From the NCBI GenBank assembly GCA_965204535.1, contig CBDBEV010000001.1, forward strand, positions 2,656,001-2,720,000: 64,000 nucleotides of DNA. The letters run 5' to 3'. The number at the start of each line of letters is the position of its first letter. Position 1 is the first letter of the stretch. A model generated the notes under the pieces. It made no database searches, was not told the origin of the DNA, and saw nothing but the letters and a program-made list of their open reading frames with translations. The DNA is from a bacterium. GTDB taxonomy: Bacteria > UBA8248. Below are positions 10,022 to 18,657 of this stretch, in pieces. Position numbers and translations under genes: made by a program.

Positions 10022-10915
10022 ATGTCACCGATCACGAAAGTAGACGGGTACGCCTATTATCCGGGCAGCAGGACGCGCATCGACGCCATGCGCTCCGCCG
10101 ATCCGGCCAAAACGCCGTGGACGCCGCTGCCGAAGCCGCTCTCGGAGTGCAAGGTCACGCTCGTCTCCACGGCGGGCATCTTCATGAAAGGTGACGTTTC
10201 CTTCGATTACGAGCGCGAGTGGCGCGAGCCGCACTGGGGGGACCCCACCCACCGCGAGATTCCCAGAACGGCCGCCCAGGATGACTGTGAATACTCGCAC
10301 CTGCACATCAACACCGAGTACCTGAAACAGGACAGGAACGTGTCGTTTCCGGTGGACATTTTTCTGGACTACGAGCGCGAGGGGAAGATCGGCGCGCTCG
10401 CCGACACGCTCTACTCCACCATGGGCTATACGCCCAACTTCCATCCCCTGCTGAAGAAGACGGCTCCCCTGATGGCCGAAAAGATGCACGCGGAGGGTGT
10501 GGACGCGGCGTTTCTCATCCCCGTCTGACCGCTCTGCATGCGGTCCGTGAGCCTGCTGCAGAGAAGACTGGAAGAGTTGGGAATCGCCACCGTCTCGATA
10601 TGCAACCAGCCGGACGTGTCCGAGAAGGTCTGTGTGCCGAGGGCGGTCTTCATCCAGTATCCCTTCGGGCGCATGCTGGGGGACGTGGGCGACAGAGCCG
10701 GCCAGCGCGCGGTGTGCGACGACGTGTGCGCGCATCTGGAAGCCGCAGATGGCCCGAACGCCTACCGCCACCTCACGCACGAGTGGCCCGAACCGCCCGA
10801 AGAGACCCAGTGGAAGCCCCTCACGCCCGCGCCCATGCACGTCCTGCGCAACAACGGCACGGCGCCCAAGGGCCTCGCGCACTACCAGGACGACGAGCGG
10901 CCCGATTTGACGTAA
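10022..10915 (+). CDS. Selenoprotein of PrdB/GrdB (reductase selenoprotein B) family, Sec at TGA 10526-10528
   Basis: ORFs 10022..10528 and 10538..10915 are in frame. Readthrough gives AFLIPV-U-PLCMRSVSLLQRRLEELGIATV (UxxC). N-terminal PWTPLPKPLSECKVTLVSTAG is typical of the family, and a hairpin follows the TGA. Confidence 0.85.
10529..10563 (+). promoter_or_regulatory. Putative bacterial SECIS hairpin
   Basis: CTCTGCA (10532-38) pairs with TGCAGAG (10557-63), with an inner GCGG/CTGC stem, immediately 3' of the in-frame TGA. Confidence 0.6.
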
Positions 10916-10948
10916 GCGCCTCGTCTCGGTTCCGGCGTGGGCGAAATT

Positions 10949-11556
10949 GTAGGGACAGGTCGCGACCTGTCCCTGCGGGAGGACAATCACGGGGGGATGT
11001 CCCTACGACGTTACAGGTCGACCGAGCCGGTGACCTGTAGGGGCCGCATACATGCGGCCCATTCTCTTAGGCCATCAAACCACGGGTCGTATATATGTGT
11101 GGGGCGGCCCCGAGGAGGGGCCGCCACCTACAAACGGGTTCACGATCAAAACAACATGCGGGCGGACACACGGGTCCGCCCTGCGGTAATCCTCCCTCCC
11201 CGGTTGGGGTTCACCCGTAGGGACAACCCCCCGTGGTTGTCCTTTGTCAGGGTGTCGGACAGGCACGGGGGCCTGTCCCTACGGGGCGGTGCCTCCTCGG
11301 TCGGTTGGATTGCCCTCTTACCTGCATGAAAAGCAACCCCCCCTACCCCCCCTTGACAGGGGGGTATAAAAAGGCGACGCCCGCCGCCGGGTTGAGAGGG
11401 GTTTTGCTTTTTCTTGCCCCCCTGACAAGGGGGGGTAGGGGGGGTTGGTTTTGTGCCCTGAGGAGGGGGGACTTTTTCAACAACCCCATATGCGACCCCA
11501 GCAAACGGGTTCACAATCAAAACGACACACGGGCGGACACACGGGTCCGCCCCTAC
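10949..11556. repeat. Mosaic cluster of GTAG REP-like hairpins and a C-rich/G-rich inverted repeat
   Basis: GTAGGGACAGGTCGCGACCTGTCCC at 10949, GTAGGGGCCGCATACATGCGGCCC at 11037, GGGCGGACACACGGGTCCGCCC at 11160 and 11531, CCCCCCCTACCCCCCCTTG paired with CAAGGGGGGGTAGGGGGGG at ~11337-11445, CTTTTTCAACAACCCC at 11472. Confidence 0.88.
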
Positions 11557-11589
11557 GGCGAACTCTCCCTCTCCCCGGTCGAGTTCGAC

Positions 11590-11931
11590 CTAAAACAACC
11601 GCCCGCCCAACACCGCGCCCTTCTCATCCGGCGCGATGAGCACCACCTCGCCCCGCTCATCCGGCACGCCGAGGGTGAGGACTTCGGACATGAAGGGCCC
11701 TATCTGCCTCGGCGGGAAGTTGACCACGGCGAGAACGAGTTTTCCCTGGAGTTCTTCTTTGGAGTAAAGCGCTGTGAGCTGGGCGGATGATTTCCTGACC
11801 CCCAGTTCCTCGCCGAAATCGATCCAGAGCTTATAAGCCGGTTTTCTCGCCTCGGGGAAATCCGCCGCCTCGACCACGCGCCCCAGGCGGATGTCCAGCC
11901 TGTCGAAATCCTCCATCGTCGCCATTTTCAT
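11590..11931 (-). CDS. csaA: tRNA-binding/protein-export chaperone CsaA
   Basis: FPEARKPAYKLWIDFG, KSSAQLT, VVNFPPRQIGPFMSEVLTLG. Confidence 0.92.
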   Translation of the reverse strand: MKMATMEDFDRLDIRLGRVVEAADFPEARKPAYKLWIDFGEELGVRKSSAQLTALYSKEELQGKLVLAVVNFPPRQIGPFMSEVLTLGVPDERGEVVLIAPDEKGAVLGGRLF

Positions 11932-12016
11932 ACTTCTCCCGTTTCATGGGCCGTGCGCGTCCGGTGCGCCGCAGTCCTGACCGGTTTCCCGCCTCACCTG
12001 AACGGGGACGCGTGCC

Positions 12017-12898
12017 TCAGTCTATCGGCTCGCCCTGCGTTCTTTCCATCTCCAGGATATCGGCGCGCAGCCTTGTCGTTACCGGGCCGGGGGCGGGAAT
12101 GGAGCGCCCGTCCACCTCGGCCACGGCGTGCACTCGGCTGAAAGAAGAGGTGAGAAAGCACTCATCCGCCGTGTAGAGATCGTAGAGCGTAAGGTCGGCT
12201 TCTTCCGCCGGAATCCCCTCGCGCTCCGCGATTTGGAGCACGACCTTCCGCGTGATGCCGTCGAGCACGTTATGCGCTTTCGGTGTCTTGAGCGCGCCGT
12301 CCTTCACGACGAAGACGTTCTCCCCCGGCGCCTCCGCGACGAAGCCGCGAATGTCGAGCAGAATCGCCTCGTCGAAGCCCGATTCCACGGCTTCGATTCT
12401 CGCCATCACGTTGTTAAGATAGTTGAGCGATTTCACGCGCGCCTCGAACGATTCGGAAGGCACCTTGCGCACCCCCGCCGTCTTGAGCCGAAGGCCTGCG
12501 CCCTTCGCCTTGTAGCTCGAACCCGTCTCGGCGGGCGGGGCGGGGTCGTGCAGGAGCACGGCGAGCGTCGCTTTATCCGTCACTCTCGGGTCGAGCAGGG
12601 GATAGCCCGCGCCCCGTGATACCACGACGCGAAGATAGACGTCGTCCACGCCGGAGCGACGGACGCATTCCTTGACGACCTCGGCGATTCGCTCGCGCGA
12701 TTCGGGCAGTTCGAGCTTGAGCGCTCGCGCGGAGCGTTCCATGCGGTCGAGGTGTTCGGCGAACTTGAATATCCGCCGGTTCGTTACCGTCATGGACTCG
12801 AACAGGCCGTCCCCGTAGAGAAACCCGTGGTCGAAGGCGGAGACCCTGGCTTCTTCCGCTTTAACGTATTCGCCGTTCACATAGCAGGTATAGGACAC
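12017..12898 (-). CDS. ilvE: Class IV PLP aminotransferase (branched-chain amino acid aminotransferase)
   Basis: DHGFLYGDGLFE, KSLNYLNN, EAPGENVF, LDGITR. Substrate not certain. Confidence 0.8.
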   Translation of the reverse strand: MSYTCYVNGEYVKAEEARVSAFDHGFLYGDGLFESMTVTNRRIFKFAEHLDRMERSARALKLELPESRERIAEVVKECVRRSGVDDVYLRVVVSRGAGYPLLDPRVTDKATLAVLLHDPAPPAETGSSYKAKGAGLRLKTAGVRKVPSESFEARVKSLNYLNNVMARIEAVESGFDEAILLDIRGFVAEAPGENVFVVKDGALKTPKAHNVLDGITRKVVLQIAEREGIPAEEADLTLYDLYTADECFLTSSFSRVHAVAEVDGRSIPAPGPVTTRLRADILEMERTQGEPID

Positions 12899-12901
12899 GC
12901 G

Positions 12902-13798
12902 CTATCCATCCCTTCTCAAGGTTTCCAGAATCGCGGCGGCGAAGGCTTCCGGCTTCTCGCGCTGCGCGAAGTGCCCGGCGCCTTCCACCAGAATCCTTTG
13001 ATAGCCGCCCGTGAAATGCCCCTCCTTGCCCTCGGAACTCTCGGGACGCGACGCCCCGTCCTCGGCGCCTTGCACGAGAACTGTCGGCACGGAGATGTCC
13101 GGCAGACCCGCCATGAAGCTCTCCGCGTCCTCATGTTTTGGGTCGGCCTCCTCATACCCCCACCGGTAGCGGTAGGAGTGCATGACGATATCCACGAAGT
13201 CGGGATTCTGAAATGAGCGCGCGGTGGCCTCGTATTCCGCGTCCGGGAAATCCCAGCCCGGCGACCACGTCCGCCAGAGTTCACGGCAGAAACCGGCGGC
13301 GTCTTCACTTAACGCATCGCGGCCTCTACTGGTGCAGAAGAACCACTGGTACCAGTACGCGCGCACCTGATCGACCGACATCCGCTGCTGGGGGCGTCCC
13401 GTCCCGTAGCCCGCGGGACTCACGACGAGCGCATTCAGCCGCGCAGGCCGCATGGCGGCTATGCAATAGGAAGCCCGCGCGCCCCAGTCGTGGCCCACCA
13501 GCGTGAAGCGCTCGAGTTCCAGCGCGTCGGCGAAGGCCGTGATGTCTGAAGCGATGGCCGTATATTGCGCGCTTCTGGGGGTTGCCGGATCGAGAAAGCG
13601 CGTCGGGCCGTAGCCGCGCACGTAGGGGCAAAGTGTCCTGAGATCTGCGTCGTTCAGGATGGGCGTGACGCGGTCCCACGTTCGCGCGTCGTCCGGGAAG
13701 CCGTGGACGAGAACCACGGGCGGCGCGGCTTCATCGCCCGCCTCCAGATAGCCGATTTCGAGCGCGGGGGTCTGAACCGATTTGAGCGCGCCTGGCAT
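12902..13798 (-). CDS. Alpha/beta hydrolase, epoxide hydrolase-like
   Basis: HGFPD, GHDWGA (Asp nucleophile), GHF. Confidence 0.85.
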   Translation of the reverse strand: MPGALKSVQTPALEIGYLEAGDEAAPPVVLVHGFPDDARTWDRVTPILNDADLRTLCPYVRGYGPTRFLDPATPRSAQYTAIASDITAFADALELERFTLVGHDWGARASYCIAAMRPARLNALVVSPAGYGTGRPQQRMSVDQVRAYWYQWFFCTSRGRDALSEDAAGFCRELWRTWSPGWDFPDAEYEATARSFQNPDFVDIVMHSYRYRWGYEEADPKHEDAESFMAGLPDISVPTVLVQGAEDGASRPESSEGKEGHFTGGYQRILVEGAGHFAQREKPEAFAAAILETLRRDG

Positions 13799-13818
13799 GT
13801 CGGTCGTTCAGCCCGCGA

Positions 13819-14562
13819 TCAGATCGCGCACCAGCCGTCGTCGACGATGAGGTCTAAGCCGTGCACCGCGCTCGCGTCGTCTGACGCCAGGAACACCGCC
13901 GCGCCCGCCATCTCCGCCGTCGTGATGTAGGCCCGGCCCGTGGGCGTGTAGCTCGCCATGAGCTTCACGAACTCGGGGTCGTCTTGCAGGTGCTGGTTGA
14001 GCGGCGTGGCCGTGTTGCCCGGCGAGATGCAGTTCACGTTGATGCCGCACTTCGATATCTCCGCCGCCAGCGCGCGCGTGATCATGTAGACCCCGCCCTT
14101 GCTCGCGCAGTAGGGCACCGCGTTGGGAAAGGCGTGCGTGGCGGCGATGGAGGCCATGAAGATGATCTTCCCGTAGCTCTTCTCCTTCATGATGGGCACG
14201 ATGGCCTGCGAGAGCAGGAAGTTGCCCTTGAGATTAATGTCGATGATGTCGTCCCACTCCTGCTCGGAATAGGCCTCGAGTTCCTTGTTGATCATGATGC
14301 CGTGGTTGCCGACGAGGATGTCCACCGTGCCGAACGCGCTCACCACGTCGGCCACCATGGCGTCCACCGCCGACTTCTTCGATACGTCGCACGGAAACGC
14401 GCGGGCCGCATCGCCGATCTCGGCGGCGAGCGCCTCTCCCGTTTCCGCCGTGCGGTTCACGACCGCGACCTTCGCGCCCTCTTCCGCGAAGCGGCGGCAG
14501 ATGGCCTCCCCGATTCCCTGCGAGCCGCCCGTGACGATGGCGACCTTGTCTTGTAGCTTCAT
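13819..14562 (-). CDS. SDR family oxidoreductase
   Basis: TGGSQGIG and YCASK motifs. Confidence 0.92.
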   Translation of the reverse strand: MKLQDKVAIVTGGSQGIGEAICRRFAEEGAKVAVVNRTAETGEALAAEIGDAARAFPCDVSKKSAVDAMVADVVSAFGTVDILVGNHGIMINKELEAYSEQEWDDIIDINLKGNFLLSQAIVPIMKEKSYGKIIFMASIAATHAFPNAVPYCASKGGVYMITRALAAEISKCGINVNCISPGNTATPLNQHLQDDPEFVKLMASYTPTGRAYITTAEMAGAAVFLASDDASAVHGLDLIVDDGWCAI

Positions 14563-14704
14563 GGGTGTTTCCTCCCTGCGGCGCTCCCGGGCGGCCCCGA
14601 AAGCGAAAAGTCCCCGGTAAAAGATTGCGTCTCGATTTTTGCGGGCATGATACCGCCCTTTGGTTCAAGGGGGAAGGGGAGGGGCATGGTTCCGGTGAGC
14701 GCCT

Positions 14705-14980
14705 GTAGGGGGCGCATATATGCGCCACGTGGTTTGGACGGCAAAAACGAAGGGACGCATGGTATGCGTGGGACGGCCCCGAGGAGGGGTTCGTCCCCTA
14801 CGGTGATATTGCAAGAATTCGTAGGGGCGGACCCGTGTGTCCGCCCGAATGATACGGGAAATCTTCTTGGATCGGTTGTAGGGAGAGGTCGCGACCTGTC
14901 CCTATGGGGCTGGAGGGATCAATCCTGCCCGTCATTCCGGTGTCAGACCCGACCAAGGCGGGAGGGTTTGACGGAATCCA
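14705..14980. repeat. REP-like hairpin cluster
   Basis: GTAGGGGGCGCATATATGCGCC at 14705, GTAGGGGCGGACCCGTGTGTCCGCCC at 14821, GTAGGGAGAGGTCGCGACCTGTCCCTA at 14878, GTCATTCCG...CGGAATCC at 14931-14979. Confidence 0.85.
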
Positions 14981-15254
14981 GAGCAGAGTGGGTGGGCGAA
15001 TGCGTGGTCTTGGCGTCCCATTTTGATTCCCGAAAATGTCCCCAAAGCGGCGAGTTAATGCTGACTTTGAGGGCTATCAAGTAGATTGTCCACTGAAACG
15101 ACCTTATTGGATACATTTATTGGCATTAAAACCATATAAAATCCCTAATAAAAGATATAATAACATCAATATAAGGGCTTAATAGCTCTGTTATATGGGT
15201 ATATATTGAATGTTAGAAGTAAGGACGCAACCATTTACAAATTAGGAGTTCATC

Positions 15255-16208
15255 ATGCGAATAAACCCGGAAACCTTAAAGAAGTTGCGAAAAAGCAAAG
15301 GATTCAGCCAACAGACGTTAGCGGACGAATCGGGCGTTACAAAAAAGACCATTGCGCGTATTGAAGGCGGAAAAGGAGGAGAAACGCGTGGTTCAACCAT
15401 GCGGGATCTCGCCAAAACCTTGCGTGTCAACCTCGAAGTTTTGACTCAGGAGCCTGATTCTGAAGCAGTACATGATGAAGAAGTCCGAAAAAAATATGGG
15501 TGGGGTGTTTTGAAACTTAGGCTACGCTTCGATGGCCATGATATAATTGCCTATGATCTTATTCAGGATCGCTACGGCGTTGGGATGTACGATCTGATCA
15601 AGGTTGCCCCCCTACTGTTCACAATTTTGTCTGAGCGGTCTCTCGCCGAACGCCGCCGCCGTCTTGAGCAAGCGGAAGCAGCATTAGAAAATTTTCCTGA
15701 ACATCTTATACCGCGCAGTTGGCTGGCGCTCGACGCAGAGAGAGCATCTATCGCCGAGAGAGATATTTTTGTGCGCTCCATAGACGAGCATGAGGTCAAC
15801 GATAGTTATTACGGGGACAACCGCAACCCATTTAACGACTTCTTGATCGAACAGGCGAAGAGTTTGGAGCCTGACAATGACGCAATCGATGCCGATGATA
15901 TCCATAATCTCGGCAATTTCGACGATTTGCCGAGTTTCAATCTTTTCGAGTCATACCGGAAAAAAATTACTGGTGGTTCTCGCCGCGCCGACTACGCTTT
16001 GTCTCGTGGCTATGTTCGCATTAGCGAAATTCCGGAAGAACTTCGCGGAGAGGATGAAAGTGTTACTGCCGAGCGCGTGAAGCGGTTGGAGTCGAAGGTC
16101 AAGGATGAGGAGTGGATCGAGTATGAAGAGCGGATGCGGCCACTAAGAGAAGCGGCCGCCAAAGTTATCGATAAATCGTTGAACGAAGGAGATACGGAAA
16201 ATGCCTAA
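15255..16208 (+). CDS. XRE-family HTH protein with long unknown C-terminal domain (low-GC islet)
   Basis: LKKLRKSKGFSQQTLADESGVTKKTIARIE HTH; AGGAG RBS; AT-rich upstream region at 15090-15250; GC visibly lower than flanks. Confidence 0.8.
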   Translation: MRINPETLKKLRKSKGFSQQTLADESGVTKKTIARIEGGKGGETRGSTMRDLAKTLRVNLEVLTQEPDSEAVHDEEVRKKYGWGVLKLRLRFDGHDIIAYDLIQDRYGVGMYDLIKVAPLLFTILSERSLAERRRRLEQAEAALENFPEHLIPRSWLALDAERASIAERDIFVRSIDEHEVNDSYYGDNRNPFNDFLIEQAKSLEPDNDAIDADDIHNLGNFDDLPSFNLFESYRKKITGGSRRADYALSRGYVRISEIPEELRGEDESVTAERVKRLESKVKDEEWIEYEERMRPLREAAAKVIDKSLNEGDTENA

Positions 16209-16560
16209 TTACAAAATCACACCTCACGCCGAGGTGCGCATGAGTCAGCGAGGAGTTCGGTACGAAGACGCAGTAGAGGTGCTGACATGCGGGACGCAGA
16301 GCGGCCCCGTCGAGTGGTTTATGCGAGATTCAGATGTGAAACGTGAGGTGGAAAATCTGAAACGCACGACCCGATGGATTGAGCGTACAGTGAAGGGCGG
16401 GAAGCAACGGCTCGAACGCGCTATTAAGCGAAGGATCCAGTGGCTGGAACGGCTGAGGGGTCTCAAGGTCGTGGTTGATGGCGACACGGTGATTACCAGC
16501 TATTGGCCGAGTGTGGCGCGTCAGCGGCGGGCGCGCCGTAGAACCAGGCCCAGGCGATGA
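16201..16560 (+). CDS. DUF4258-like small basic protein (RelE/BrnT-like fold candidate)
   Basis: TPHAEVRMSQRGV N-terminal motif and VVVDGDTVITSY C-terminal motif; overlaps the XRE stop. Confidence 0.65.
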   Translation: MPNYKITPHAEVRMSQRGVRYEDAVEVLTCGTQSGPVEWFMRDSDVKREVENLKRTTRWIERTVKGGKQRLERAIKRRIQWLERLRGLKVVVDGDTVITSYWPSVARQRRARRRTRPRR

Positions 16561-16568
16561 AATTTGCC

Positions 16569-16854
16569 GTCATTCCGGCGCACGCCGGAATCCAGGGCGG
16601 ACGGGAATGGAGGAAAAATGTGGATGCGGCGATCCGGTGCGGGTGGCGGGATACCCAAAATCCTAGGTTCTCTTATCGGTTCTGGATTCCGGCCTTCGCC
16701 GGAATGACGAACACGCACGAAAAGCGGGCGGACACACGGGTCCGCCCCTACGGAAACCCTGAGAACCGAACGAACCCGTAGCAGGACAACCCTTTGTGGT
16801 TGTCCTGCCCTCCGTGGTTGTCCTTTTTCAGGACAGGTCGCGACCTGTCCCTAC
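16569..16854. repeat. Repeat cluster: GTCATTCCGGC..GCCGGAATCC inverted pair plus GTAG REPs
   Basis: GTCATTCCGGCGCACGCCGGAATCC at 16569 is inverted to GGATTCCGGCCTTCGCCGGAATGAC at 16684; REPs at 16726 and 16830-16854. Confidence 0.85.
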
Positions 16855-18653
16855 TTCTTGCTCAACCGCTTCCGTCTCCGCCTGGTCTTCGCCGTATCCA
16901 CCTCGCCCGCGTCGTCGACCGCGACGCCGTAGACCTTCCAGGCGCGCTCCTTGGTGATCCACTTCTCCTCCACGTCCTCGCGCACCTTCTCGACGGGCCG
17001 CTCGTGCGGCGGGCCGTAGCCGCCCCCGCCCGTGCAGTAGGAAGCCACGTTCTCGCCGGGTTTGAGAATGATGTCCGCGCAGGCGGGGAGATCCTCCAGA
17101 GAGCCGTCCTCGCGCATGAGGAAATTCTTGCACGCCGCTCCGTTCAGCCCTCCGAGCGTTCCCTTCGAGGCGTTTATCGCGCCGTCGGAGACGTAGACGA
17201 CCTCCAGGTCGCCGCCGCCCACGGGGCCGTATTCGCAATAGCCAGAAGGCGCGCCTATCGTCCGGCCTGCGCCCTCGGTGTCGGGCATGAGCCTGCGCGT
17301 CTTGATGTAGATGGGGAAGTGGAGCTCGTCCAGTTCGATGCTGTCCACGAAGCACATGCCGGCGTTGCCCGCGTGTAAAATCGTGAGCCAGGCGTCGGTC
17401 TTGCCCGCGCCCGCCCCGCCCGTGACCATCAGGAACAGGTGGTTCACGAAGGGTTCGTTGTCGTTCCTGGGGTCGAAGCCGGAGATGACGCCCATCGACG
17501 CCGGGAAAATCGGCCCGCATTCCGCCAGGCCGATGCCGTCCTGAATCTTCGAGAACGCGCGCTGCACGGGATTCGTCACGCGGTCGGCGAGGTTGGTGGT
17601 GGCGACGGACATCGAAGTGGGATGCTTGCCCCCGCCCGCGACCGAGCCGTCTCGGATGAGCACGTTGACCCGGCGGAAGCTGCCCGCGTTCGTGGGCACG
17701 ATGTCGTCGATGCTGTTGAACACGCCTATCATGGCGCCCGTGCGCGCGCAGGCCTCGCTCAGGTTCAGGCCGCAGGGCATGGCGTCGGGGTTGTCCCTCA
17801 AATCCACCTCGATGGTGGCCTTTTTATTGTCGATCCGCACGTGCGCGGTGATGGGGATGCCTTCCTCCGGCGTGCCGGGCACGGGGTCGTGCGTACTGTG
17901 GGCCGTGGCCTCGCCCGTGGGGAGTTTCTGGATGGCGGAGACCATGAGCTTCTCGCTGTAGTCGAACCACTCCTTCGAGAAGTCGTGCAGCGTCTCCCAG
18001 CCGTACTCGTCGCCCATGGCGAGCACCTCGCGCTCGCCGATTCTGGCCGCGCCGATCATCGCGAGATAGTCGCCGTACCACTGCTCGGGCACGCGGATGC
18101 GCATCCGGCAAAAGTTGATGAAGTCCTCGTTGTCCTCGTAGTTTGTCTGCACCTTGGTGGGCGGGAAGATGAGCGCGCCTTCTTCATAGACGTCGCGCGC
18201 GTGGCCCATGTAGGTGGTGGGCTGGCTGCAACCGCAGTCCGCCTGGTGGGCTTTCACCCACACGGTGAACTGGTGCTCGCCCCGCTTGTCGATGACGGGC
18301 ACGAGGATGGTGTGGTCCGCCGGGTGCGAGCAGCCGTGGTAGGGCGAGTTGTGCAGATAGGCGTCGCCGCGCTTGAGGTCGGGGTGTAAGTCCATCATCG
18401 AGCGGGCCATCAGGTCCGCCCCGCTCAGGTGGTGGATGGGGAGCGATTCCGCGCCCGTTAAGAGTTCGCACTCGCGCGTTACGACGGAGGTCGAGAAATC
18501 GCGCGCCAGGTTCAGCACGCCCGAGCGGCCCGTGCGCAACAGCGTGTTCGCCATCTTGGTCGTCACGGCGTCGAAGCGCTTGTGCAGCACGGCCAGGGTG
18601 ATGGGGTCGAGTTTCGTCTTTCGCTTCGCGCGTCTGGTTGTTGCTCTCGCCAT
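16851..18653 (-). CDS. Hydantoinase B/oxoprolinase family protein
   Basis: LDPITLAV, RDFSTS, NSPYHGCSHPAD, HQADCG, GGGGYGPP. Confidence 0.92.
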   Translation of the reverse strand: MARATTRRAKRKTKLDPITLAVLHKRFDAVTTKMANTLLRTGRSGVLNLARDFSTSVVTRECELLTGAESLPIHHLSGADLMARSMMDLHPDLKRGDAYLHNSPYHGCSHPADHTILVPVIDKRGEHQFTVWVKAHQADCGCSQPTTYMGHARDVYEEGALIFPPTKVQTNYEDNEDFINFCRMRIRVPEQWYGDYLAMIGAARIGEREVLAMGDEYGWETLHDFSKEWFDYSEKLMVSAIQKLPTGEATAHSTHDPVPGTPEEGIPITAHVRIDNKKATIEVDLRDNPDAMPCGLNLSEACARTGAMIGVFNSIDDIVPTNAGSFRRVNVLIRDGSVAGGGKHPTSMSVATTNLADRVTNPVQRAFSKIQDGIGLAECGPIFPASMGVISGFDPRNDNEPFVNHLFLMVTGGAGAGKTDAWLTILHAGNAGMCFVDSIELDELHFPIYIKTRRLMPDTEGAGRTIGAPSGYCEYGPVGGGDLEVVYVSDGAINASKGTLGGLNGAACKNFLMREDGSLEDLPACADIILKPGENVASYCTGGGGYGPPHERPVEKVREDVEEKWITKERAWKVYGVAVDDAGEVDTAKTRRRRKRLSKK

Positions 18654-18657
18654 ATCC

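Noticed and set aside
10022-10915. Pseudogene calls for the split ORFs here and at 36403-36945
   Set aside because: Both stops are in-frame TGA at a redox-motif position (UxxC) followed by hairpins, which fits selenocysteine better than gene decay.
10937-11790. ORFs over the repeat clusters (also at 2546-2842, 14647-15084, 38509-39177, 61803-62387)
   Set aside because: They are translations of REP/MITE sequence (recurrent VGTGRDLSL, RADTRVRPY peptides) and are unlikely to be genes.
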